Below, one piece after another: positions 1 through 11,800 of a stretch of 64,000 nucleotides of DNA. This DNA is from Eledone cirrhosa (lineage: Eukaryota): the NCBI GenBank assembly GCA_964016885.1, contig OZ024742.1:165726001-165790000 (forward strand). The letters run 5' to 3'. Below the pieces are notes generated by a model that saw nothing but the letters and a program-made list of their open reading frames with translations, was not told the origin of the DNA and made no database searches. How positions within the stretch are numbered: the first letter of the stretch is position 1; the number at the start of each line of letters is the position of its first letter. A program made the translations under genes and the position numbers.

Positions 1-3000
1 CACTGCTTTCTACAGTTCCAGGATGAGGTGTAAGTCACAACTCCTGATAGGAACATCACTGCTTTCTACAGTTCCAGGATGAGGTGTCAGTCACAACTCC
101 TGATAGGAACATCACTGCTTTCTACAGTTCCAGGATGAGGTGTAAGTCACAACTCCTGATAGGAACATCACTGCTTTCTACAGTTCCAGGATGAGGTGTA
201 GGTCAGAACTCCTGATAGGAACATCACTGCTTTCTACAGTTCCAGGATGAGGTGTCAGTCACAACTCCTGATAGGAACATCACTGCTTTCTACAGTTCCA
301 GGATGAGTTGTCAGTCACAACTCCTGATAGGAACATCACTGCTTTCTACAGTTCCAGCATGAGGTGTCAGTCACAACTCCTGATAGGAACATCACTGCTT
401 TCTACAATTCCAGAATGAGGTGTCAGTCACAACTCCTGATAGGAACATCACTGCTTTCTACAGTTCCAGGATGAGGTTTCAGTCACAACTCCTGATAGGA
501 ACATCACTGCTTTCTACAGTTCCAGGATGAGGTGTCAGTCACAACTCCTGATAGGAACATCACTGCTTTCTACAGTTCCAGGATGAGGTGTAAGTCACAA
601 CTCCTGATGGGAACATCACTGCTTTCTACAGTTCCAGGATGAGGTGTAAGTCACAACTCCTGATAGGAACATCACTGCTTTCTACAGTTCCAGGATGAGG
701 TGTCAGTCACAACTCCTGATAGGAACATCACTGCTTTCTACAGTTCCAGGATGAGTTGTCAGTCACAACTCCTGATAGGAACATCACTGCTTTCTACAGT
801 TCCAGCATGAGGTGTCAGTCACAACTCCTGATAGGAACATCACTGCTTTCTACAATTCCAGAATGAGGTGTCAGTCACAACTCCTGATAGGAACATCACT
901 GCTTTCTACAGTTCCAGGATGAGGTTTCAGTCACAACTCCTGATAGGAACATCACTGCTTTCTACAGTTCCAGGATGAGGTGTCAGTGACAACTCCTGAT
1001 AAGAACATCACTGCTTTCTACAGTTCCAGGATGAGATGTCTGTCACAACTCCTGATAGGAACATCACTGCTTTCTACAGTTCCAGAATGAGGTGTCAGTC
1101 ACAACTCCTGATAGGAACATCACTGCTTTCTACAGTTCCAGGATAAGGTGTAAGTCACAACTCCTGATAGGAACATCACTGCTTTCTACAGTTCCAGGAT
1201 GAGGTGTCAGTCACAACTCCTGATAGGAACATCACTGCTTTCTACAATTCCAGAATGAGGTGTCAGTCACAACTCCTGATAGGAACATCACTGCTTTCTA
1301 CAGTTCCAGGATGAGGTTTCAGTCACAACTCCTGATAGGAACATCACTGCTTTCTACAGTTCCAGGATGAGATGTCTGTCACAACTCCTGATAGGAACAT
1401 CACTGCTTTCTACAGTTCCAGGATAAGGTGTAAGTCACAACTCCTGATAGGAACATCACTGCTTTCTATAGTTCCAGGATGAGATGTCTCTCACAACTCC
1501 TCATAGGAACATCACTGCTTTCTACAGTTCCAGGATGAGGTGTAAGTCACAACTCCTGATAGGAACATCACTGCTTTCTACAGTTCCAGAATGAGGTGTC
1601 AGTCACAACTCCTGATAGGAACATCACTGCTTTTTCTACAGTTCCAGGATGAGGTGTAAGTCACAACTCCTGATAGGAACATCACTGCTTTCTACAGTTC
1701 CAGGATGAGATGTCTCTCACAACTCCTGATAGGAACATCACTGCTTTCTACAGTTCCAGGATGAGGTGTAAGTCACAACTCCTGATAGGAACATCACTGC
1801 TTTCTACAGTTCCAGAATGAGGTGTCAGTCACAACTCCTGATAGGAACATCACTGCTTTCTACAGTTCCAGAATGAGGTGTCAGTCACAACTCCTGATAG
1901 GAACATCACTGCTTTCTACAGTTCCAGGATGAGATGTCTCTCACAACTCCTGATAGGAACATCACTGCTTTCTACAGTTCCAGGATGAGGTGTAAGTCAC
2001 AACTCCTGATAGGAACATCACTGCTTTCTACTGTTCCAGAATGAAGTGTCAGTCACAACTCATGATAGGAACATCACTGCTTTCTACAGTTCCAGGATGA
2101 GGTGTAAGTCACAACTCCTGATAGGAACATCACTGCTTTCTACAGTTCCAGGATGAGGTGTCAGTCACAACTCCTGATAGGAACATCACTGCTTTCTACA
2201 GTTCCAGGATGAGATGTCTCTCACAACTCCTGATAGGAACATCACTGCTTTCTACATTTCCAGGATGAGGTGTCAGTCACAACTCCTGATAGGAACATCA
2301 CTGCTTTCTACAGTTCCAGGATGAGATGTCTCTCACAACTCCTGATAGGAACATCACTGCTTTCTACAGTTCCAGAATGAGGTGTCAGTCACAACTCCTG
2401 ATAGGAACATCACTGCTTTCTACAGTTCCAGAATGAGGTGTCAGTCACAACTCCTGATAGGAACATCACTGCTTTCTACAGTTCCAGGATGAGGTGTAAG
2501 TCACAACTCCTGATAGGAACATCACTGCTTTCTACTGTTCCAGGATGAGGTGTCAGTCACAACTCCTGATAGGAACATCACTGCTTTCTACAGTTCCAGG
2601 ATGAGGTGTCAGTCACAACTCCTGATAGGAACATCACTGCTTTCTACAGTTCCAGAATGAGGTGTCAGTCACAACTCCTGATAGGAACATCACTGCTTTC
2701 TACAGTTCCAGAATGAGGTGTCAGTCACAACTCCTGATAGGAACATCACTGCTTTCTACAGTTCCAGGATGAGGTGTAAGTCACAACTCCTGATAGGAAC
2801 ATCACTGCTTTCTACAGTTCCAGGATGAGGTGTCAGTCACAACTCCTGATAGGAACATCACTGCTTTCTACAGTTCCAGGATGAGGTGTAAGTCACAACT
2901 CCTGATAGGAACATCACTGCTTTCTACAGTTCCAGGATGAGGTGTAGGTCAGAACTCCTGATAGGAACATCACTGCTTTCTACAGTTCCAGGATGAGGTG

Positions 3001-4115
3001 TCAGTCACAACTCCTGATAGGAACATCACTGCTTTCTACAGTTCCAGGATGAGTTGTCAGTCACAACTCCTGATAGGAACATCACTGCTTTCTACAGTTC
3101 CAGCATGAGGTGTCAGTCACAACTCCTGATAGGAACATCACTGCTTTCTACAATTCCAGAATGAGGTGTCAGTCACAACTCCTGATAGGAACATCACTGC
3201 TTTCTACAGTTCCAGGATGAGGTTTCAGTCACAACTCCTGATAGGAACATCACTGCTTTCTACAGTTCCAGGATGAGGTGTCAGTCACAACTCCTGATAG
3301 GAACATCACTGCTTTCTACAGTTCCAGGATGAGGTGTAAGTCACAACTCCTGATGGGAACATCACTGCTTTCTACAGTTCCAGGATGAGGTGTAAGTCAC
3401 AACTCCTGATAGGAACATCACTGCTTTCTACAGTTCCAGGATGAGGTGTCAGTCACAACTCCTGATAGGAACATCACTGCTTTCTACAGTTCCAGGATGA
3501 GTTGTCAGTCACAACTCCTGATAGGAACATCACTGCTTTCTACAGTTCCAGCATGAGGTGTCAGTCACAACTCCTGATAGGAACATCACTGCTTTCTACA
3601 ATTCCAGAATGAGGTGTCAGTCACAACTCCTGATAGGAACATCACTGCTTTCTACAGTTCCAGGATGAGGTTTCAGTCACAACTCCTGATAGGAACATCA
3701 CTGCTTTCTACAGTTCCAGGATGAGGTGTCAGTCACAACTCCTGATAAGAACATCACTGCTTTCTACAGTTCCAGGATGAGATGTCTGTCACAACTCCTG
3801 ATAGGAACATCACTGCTTTCTACAGTTCCAGAATGAGGTGTCAGTCACAACTCCTGATAGGAACATCACTGCTTTCTACAGTTCCAGGATAAGGTGTAAG
3901 TCACAACTCCTGATAGGAACATCACTGCTTTCTACAGTTCCAGGATGAGGTGTCAGTCACAACTCCTGATAGGAACATCACTGCTTTCTACAATTCCAGA
4001 ATGAGGTGTCAGTCACAACTCCTGATAGGAACATCACTGCTTTCTACAGTTCCAGGATGAGGTTTCAGTCACAACTCCTGATAGGAACATCACTGCTTTC
4101 TACAGTTCCAGGATG
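1..4115. repeat. 49-monomer higher-order repeat (period 2,746 bp), about 1.5 copies
   Basis: Marker GGTCAGAAC at 201 and 2947 (2746 = 49x56+2, one TT insertion at about 1631). Variant order matches until about 4115. Confidence 0.88.
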
Positions 4116-5829
4116 AGATGTCTCTCACAACTCCTGATAGGAACATCACTGCTTTCTACAGTTCCAGGATGAGGTGTAAGTCACAACTCCTGATAGGAAC
4201 ATCACTGCTTTCTACTGTTCCAGGATGAGGTGTCAGTCACAACTCCTGATAGGAACATCACTGCTTTCTACAGTTCCAGGATGAGGTGTAAGTCACAACT
4301 CCTGATAGGAACAGCACTGCTTTCTACAGTTCTAGGATGAGGTGTAGGTCACAACTCCTGATAGGAACAGCACTGCTTTCTACAGTTCCAGGATGAGGTG
4401 TAAGTCACAACTCCTGATAGGAACATCACTGCTTTCTACAGTTCCAGGATGAGGTGTAAGTCACAACTCCTGATAGGAACATCACTGCTTTCTACTGTTC
4501 CAGAATGAAGTGTCAGTCACAACTCATGATAAGAACATCACTGCTTTCTACAGTTCCAGGATGAGGTGTAAGTCACAACTCCTGATAGGAACATCACTGC
4601 TTTCTACAGTTCCAGGATGAGGTGTCAGTCACAACTCCTGATAGGAACATCACTGCTTTCTACAGTTCCAGGATGAGGTGTAAGTCACAACTCCTGATAG
4701 GAACATCACTGCTTTCTACAGTTCTAGGATGAGGTGTAGGTCACAACTCCTGATAGGAACATCACTGCTTTCTACAGTTCCAGGATGAGGTGTCAGTCAC
4801 AACTCCTGATAGGAACATCACTGCTTTCTACAGTTCCAGGATGAGTTGTCAGTCACAACTCCTGATAGGAACATCACTGCTTTCTACAGTTCCAGCATGA
4901 GGTGTCAGTCACAACACCTGATAGGAACATCACTGCTTTCTACAGTTCCAGGATGAGTTGTCAGTCACAACTCCTGATAGGAACATCACTGCTTTCTACA
5001 GTTCTAGCATGAGGTGTCAGTCACAACTCCTGATAGGAACATCACTGCTTTCTACAATTCCAGAATGAGGTGTCAGTCACAACTCCTGATAGGAACATCA
5101 CTGCTTTCTACAGTTCCAGGATGAGGTTTCAGTCACAACTCCTGATAGGAACATCACTGCTTTCTACTGTTCCAGGATGAGGTGTCAGTCACAACTTCTG
5201 ATAGGAACATCTCTGCTTTCTACAGTTCCAGGATGAGGTGTAAGTCACAACTCCTGATAGGAACAGCACTGCTTTCTACAGTTCCAGGATGAGGTGTAAG
5301 TCACAACTCCTGATAGGAACATCACTGCTTTCTACAGTTCCAGAATGAGGTGTAAGTCACAACACCTGATAGGAACATCACTGCTTTCTACTGTTCCAGA
5401 ATGAAGTGTCAGTCACAACTCATGATAGGAACATCACTGCTTTCTACAGTTCCAGGATGAGGTGTCAGTCACAACTCCTGATAGGAACATCACTGCTTTC
5501 TACAGTTCCAGGATGAGGTGTAAGTCACAACTCCTGATAGGAACATCACTGCTTTCTACAGTTCCAGGATGAGGTGTAAGTCACAACTCCTGATAGGAAC
5601 ATCACTGCTTTCTACAGTTCCAGAATGAGGTGTCAGTCACAACTCCTGATAGGAACATCACTGCTTTCTACAGTTCCAGGATGAGGTGTAAGTCACAACT
5701 CCTGATAGGAACATTACTGCTTTCTACAGTTCCAGGATGAGATGTCTCTCACAACTCCTGATAGGAACATCACTGCTTTCTACAGTTCCAGGATGAGGTG
5801 TAAGTCACAACTCCTGATAGGAACATCAC

Positions 5830-8800
5830 TGTTTTCTACAGTTCCAGAATGAGGTGTCAGTCACAACTCCTGATAGGAACATCACTGCTTTCTACAGTTC
5901 CAGAATGAGGTGTCAGTCACAACTCCTGATAGGAACATCACTGCTTTCTACAGTTCCAGGATGAGGTGTAAGTCACAACTCCTGATAGGAACCTCACTGC
6001 TTTCTACTGTTCCAGGATGAGGTGTCAGTCACAACTCCTGATAGGAACATCACTGCTTTCTACAGTTCCAGGATGAGGTGTCAGTCACAACTCCTGATAG
6101 GAACATCACTGCTTTCTACAGTTCCAGAATGAGGTGTCAGTCACAACTCCTGATAGGAACATCACTGCTTTCTACAGTTCCAGAATGAGGTGTCAGTCAC
6201 AACTCCTGATAGGAACATCACTGCTTTCTACAGTTCCAGGATGAGGTGTAAGTCACAACTCCTGATAGGAACATCACTGCTTTCTACAGTTCCAGGATGA
6301 GGTGTCAGTCACAACTCCTGATAGGAACATCACTGCTTTCTACAGTTCCAGGATGAGGTGTAAGTCACAACTCCTGATAGGAACATCACTGCTTTCTATA
6401 GTTCCAGGATGAGGTGTAGGTCAGAACTCCTGATAGGAACATCACTGCTTTCTACAGTTCCAGGATGAGGTGTCAGTCACAACTCCTGATAGGAACATCA
6501 CTGCTTTCTACAGTTCCAGGATGAGTTGTCAGTCACAACTCCTGATAGGAACATCACTGCTTTCTACAGTTCCAGCATGAGGTGTCAGTCACAACTCCTG
6601 ATAGGAACATCACTGCTTTCTACAATTCCAGAATGAGGTGTCAGTCACAACTCCTGATAGGAACATCACTGCTTTCTACAGTTCCAGGATGAGGTTTCAG
6701 TCACAACTCCTGATAGGAACATCACTGCTTTCTACAGTTCCAGGATGAGGTGTCAGTCACAACTCCTGATAGGAACATCACTGCTTTCTACAGTTCCAGG
6801 ATGAGGTGTAAGTCACAACTCCTGATGGGAACATCACTGCTTTCTACAGTTCCAGGATGAGGTGTAAGTCACAACTCCTGATAGGAACATCACTGCTTTC
6901 TACAGTTCCAGGATGAGGTGTCAGTCACAACTCCTGATAGGAACATCACTGCTTTCTACAGTTCCAGGATGAGTTGTCAGTCACAACTCCTGATAGGAAC
7001 ATCACTGCTTTCTACAGTTCCAGCATGAGGTGTCAGTCACAACTCCTGATAGGAACATCACTGCTTTCTACAATTCCAGAATGAGGTGTCAGTCACAACT
7101 CCTGATAGGAACATCACTGCTTTCTACAGTTCCAGGATGAGGTTTCAGTCACAACTCCTGATAGGAACATCACTGCTTTCTACAGTTCCAGGATGAGGTG
7201 TCAGTGACAACTCCTGATAAGAACATCACTGCTTTCTACAGTTCCAGGATGAGATGTCTGTCACAACTCCTGATAGGAACATCACTGCTTTCTACAGTTC
7301 CAGAATGAGGTGTCAGTCACAACTCCTGATAGGAACATCACTGCTTTCTACAGTTCCAGGATAAGGTGTAAGTCACAACTCCTGATAGGAACATCACTGC
7401 TTTCTACAGTTCCAGGATGAGGTGTCAGTCACAACTCCTGATAGGAACATCACTGCTTTCTACAATTCCAGAATGAGGTGTCAGTCACAACTCCTGATAG
7501 GAACATCACTGCTTTCTACAGTTCCAGGATGAGGTTTCAGTCACAACTCCTGATAGGAACATCACTGCTTTCTACAGTTCCAGGATGAGATGTCTGTCAC
7601 AACTCCTGATAGGAACATCACTGCTTTCTACAGTTCCAGGATAAGGTGTAAGTCACAACTCCTGATAGGAACATCACTGCTTTCTATAGTTCCAGGATGA
7701 GATGTCTCTCACAACTCCTCATAGGAACATCACTGCTTTCTACAGTTCCAGGATGAGGTGTAAGTCACAACTCCTGATAGGAACATCACTGCTTTCTACA
7801 GTTCCAGAATGAGGTGTCAGTCACAACTCCTGATAGGAACATCACTGCTTTTTCTACAGTTCCAGGATGAGGTGTAAGTCACAACTCCTGATAGGAACAT
7901 CACTGCTTTCTACAGTTCCAGAATGAGATGTCTCTCACAACTCCTGATAGGAACATCACTGCTTTCTACAGTTCCAGGATGAGGTGTAAGTCACAACTCC
8001 TGATAGGAACATCACTGCTTTCTACAGTTCCAGAATGAGGTGTCAGTCACAACTCCTGATAGGAACATCACTGCTTTCTACAGTTCCAGAATGAGGTGTC
8101 AGTCACAACTCCTGATAGGAACATCACTGCTTTCTACAGTTCCAGGATGAGATGTCTCTCACAACTCCTGATAGGAACATCACTGCTTTCTACAGTTCCA
8201 GGATGAGGTGTAAGTCACAACTCCTGATAGGAACATCACTGCTTTCTACTGTTCCAGAATGAAGTGTCAGTCACAACTCATGATAGGAACATCACTGCTT
8301 TCTACAGTTCCAGGATGAGGTGTAAGTCACAACTCCTGATAGGAACATCACTGCTTTCTACAGTTCCAGGATGAGGTGTCAGTCACAACTCCTGATAGGA
8401 ACATCACTGCTTTCTACAGTTCCAGGATGAGATGTCTCTCACAACTCCTGATAGGAACATCACTGCTTTCTACATTTCCAGGATGAGGTGTCAGTCACAA
8501 CTCCTGATAGGAACATCACTGCTTTCTACAGTTCCAGAATGAGATGTCTCTCACAACTCCTGATAGGAACATCACTGCTTTCTACAGTTCCAGAATGAGG
8601 TGTCAGTCACAACTCCTGATAGGAACATCACTGCTTTCTACAGTTCCAGAATGAGGTGTCAGTCACAACTCCTGATAGGAACATCACTGCTTTCTACAGT
8701 TCCAGGATGAGGTGTAAGTCACAACTCCTGATAGGAACATCACTGCTTTCTACTGTTCCAGGATGAGGTGTCAGTCACAACTCCTGATAGGAACATCACT

Positions 8801-11800
8801 GCTTTCTACAGTTCCAGGATGAGGTGTCAGTCACAACTCCTGATAGGAACATCACTGCTTTCTACAGTTCCAGAATGAGGTGTCAGTCACAACTCCTGAT
8901 AGGAACATCACTGCTTTCTACAGTTCCAGAATGAGGTGTCAGTCACAACTCCTGATAGGAACATCACTGCTTTCTACAGTTCCAGGATGAGGTGTAAGTC
9001 ACAACTCCTGATAGGAACATCACTGCTTTCTACAGTTCCAGGATGAGGTGTCAGTCACAACTCCTGATAGGAACATCACTGCTTTCTACAGTTCCAGGAT
9101 GAGGTGTAAGTCACAACTCCTGATAGGAACATCACTGCTTTCTACAGTTCCAGGATGAGGTGTAGGTCAGAACTCCTGATAGGAACATCACTGCTTTCTA
9201 CAGTTCCAGGATGAGGTGTCAGTCACAACTCCTGATAGGAACATCACTGCTTTCTACAGTTCCAGGATGAGTTGTCAGTCACAACTCCTGATAGGAACAT
9301 CACTGCTTTCTACAGTTCCAGCATGAGGTGTCAGTCACAACTCCTGATAGGAACATCACTGCTTTCTACAATTCCAGAATGAGGTGTCAGTCACAACTCC
9401 TGATAGGAACATCACTGCTTTCTACAGTTCCAGGATGAGGTTTCAGTCACAACTCCTGATAGGAACATCACTGCTTTCTACAGTTCCAGGATGAGGTGTC
9501 AGTCACAACTCCTGATAGGAACATCACTGCTTTCTACAGTTCCAGGATGAGGTGTAAGTCACAACTCCTGATGGGAACATCACTGCTTTCTACAGTTCCA
9601 GGATGAGGTGTAAGTCACAACTCCTGATAGGAACATCACTGCTTTCTACAGTTCCAGGATGAGGTGTCAGTCACAACTCCTGATAGGAACATCACTGCTT
9701 TCTACAGTTCCAGGATGAGTTGTCAGTCACAACTCCTGATAGGAACATCACTGCTTTCTACAGTTCCAGCATGAGGTGTCAGTCACAACTCCTGATAGGA
9801 ACATCACTGCTTTCTACAATTCCAGAATGAGGTGTCAGTCACAACTCCTGATAGGAACATCACTGCTTTCTACAGTTCCAGGATGAGGTTTCAGTCACAA
9901 CTCCTGATAGGAACATCACTGCTTTCTACAGTTCCAGGATGAGGTGTCAGTGACAACTCCTGATAAGAACATCACTGCTTTCTACAGTTCCAGGATGAGA
10001 TGTCTGTCACAACTCCTGATAGGAACATCACTGCTTTCTACAGTTCCAGAATGAGGTGTCAGTCACAACTCCTGATAGGAACATCACTGCTTTCTACAGT
10101 TCCAGGATAAGGTGTAAGTCACAACTCCTGATAGGAACATCACTGCTTTCTACAGTTCCAGGATGAGGTGTCAGTCACAACTCCTGATAGGAACATCACT
10201 GCTTTCTACAATTCCAGAATGAGGTGTCAGTCACAACTCCTGATAGGAACATCACTGCTTTCTACAGTTCCAGGATGAGGTTTCAGTCACAACTCCTGAT
10301 AGGAACATCACTGCTTTCTACAGTTCCAGGATGAGATGTCTGTCACAACTCCTGATAGGAACATCACTGCTTTCTACAGTTCCAGGATAAGGTGTAAGTC
10401 ACAACTCCTGATAGGAACATCACTGCTTTCTATAGTTCCAGGATGAGATGTCTCTCACAACTCCTCATAGGAACATCACTGCTTTCTACAGTTCCAGGAT
10501 GAGGTGTAAGTCACAACTCCTGATAGGAACATCACTGCTTTCTACAGTTCCAGAATGAGGTGTCAGTCACAACTCCTGATAGGAACATCACTGCTTTTTC
10601 TACAGTTCCAGGATGAGGTGTAAGTCACAACTCCTGATAGGAACATCACTGCTTTCTACAGTTCCAGAATGAGATGTCTCTCACAACTCCTGATAGGAAC
10701 ATCACTGCTTTCTACAGTTCCAGGATGAGGTGTAAGTCACAACTCCTGATAGGAACATCACTGCTTTCTACAGTTCCAGAATGAGGTGTCAGTCACAACT
10801 CCTGATAGGAACATCACTGCTTTCTACAGTTCCAGAATGAGGTGTCAGTCACAACTCCTGATAGGAACATCACTGCTTTCTACAGTTCCAGGATGAGATG
10901 TCTCTCACAACTCCTGATAGGAACATCACTGCTTTCTACAGTTCCAGGATGAGGTGTAAGTCACAACTCCTGATAGGAACATCACTGCTTTCTACTGTTC
11001 CAGAATGAAGTGTCAGTCACAACTCATGATAGGAACATCACTGCTTTCTACAGTTCCAGGATGAGGTGTAAGTCACAACTCCTGATAGGAACATCACTGC
11101 TTTCTACAGTTCCAGGATGAGGTGTCAGTCACAACTCCTGATAGGAACATCACTGCTTTCTACAGTTCCAGGATGAGATGTCTCTCACAACTCCTGATAG
11201 GAACATCACTGCTTTCTACATTTCCAGGATGAGGTGTCAGTCACAACTCCTGATAGGAACATCACTGCTTTCTACAGTTCCAGAATGAGATGTCTCTCAC
11301 AACTCCTGATAGGAACATCACTGCTTTCTACAGTTCCAGAATGAGGTGTCAGTCACAACTCCTGATAGGAACATCACTGCTTTCTACAGTTCCAGAATGA
11401 GGTGTCAGTCACAACTCCTGATAGGAACATCACTGCTTTCTACAGTTCCAGGATGAGGTGTAAGTCACAACTCCTGATAGGAACATCACTGCTTTCTACT
11501 GTTCCAGGATGAGGTGTCAGTCACAACTCCTGATAGGAACATCACTGCTTTCTACAGTTCCAGGATGAGGTGTCAGTCACAACTCCTGATAGGAACATCA
11601 CTGCTTTCTACAGTTCCAGAATGAGGTGTCAGTCACAACTCCTGATAGGAACATCACTGCTTTCTACAGTTCCAGAATGAGGTGTCAGTCACAACTCCTG
11701 ATAGGAACATCACTGCTTTCTACAGTTCCAGGATGAGGTGTAAGTCACAACTCCTGATAGGAACATCACTGCTTTCTACAGTTCCAGGATGAGGTGTCAG

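Noticed and set aside
50-66. Steroid-receptor element (GGAACA...TGCTTT), and heat-shock or STAT-like TTCCAGAA variants
   Set aside because: Half-site spacing and sequence do not fit AGAACAnnnTGTTCT. TTCCAGAA gives only two nGAAn units and the wrong STAT spacing.
1-168. 168-bp trimer as a nucleosome-length unit like alpha satellite
   Set aside because: 3x56=168 is suggestive, but the variants show no three-monomer periodicity. No CENP-B box is possible without CpGs.
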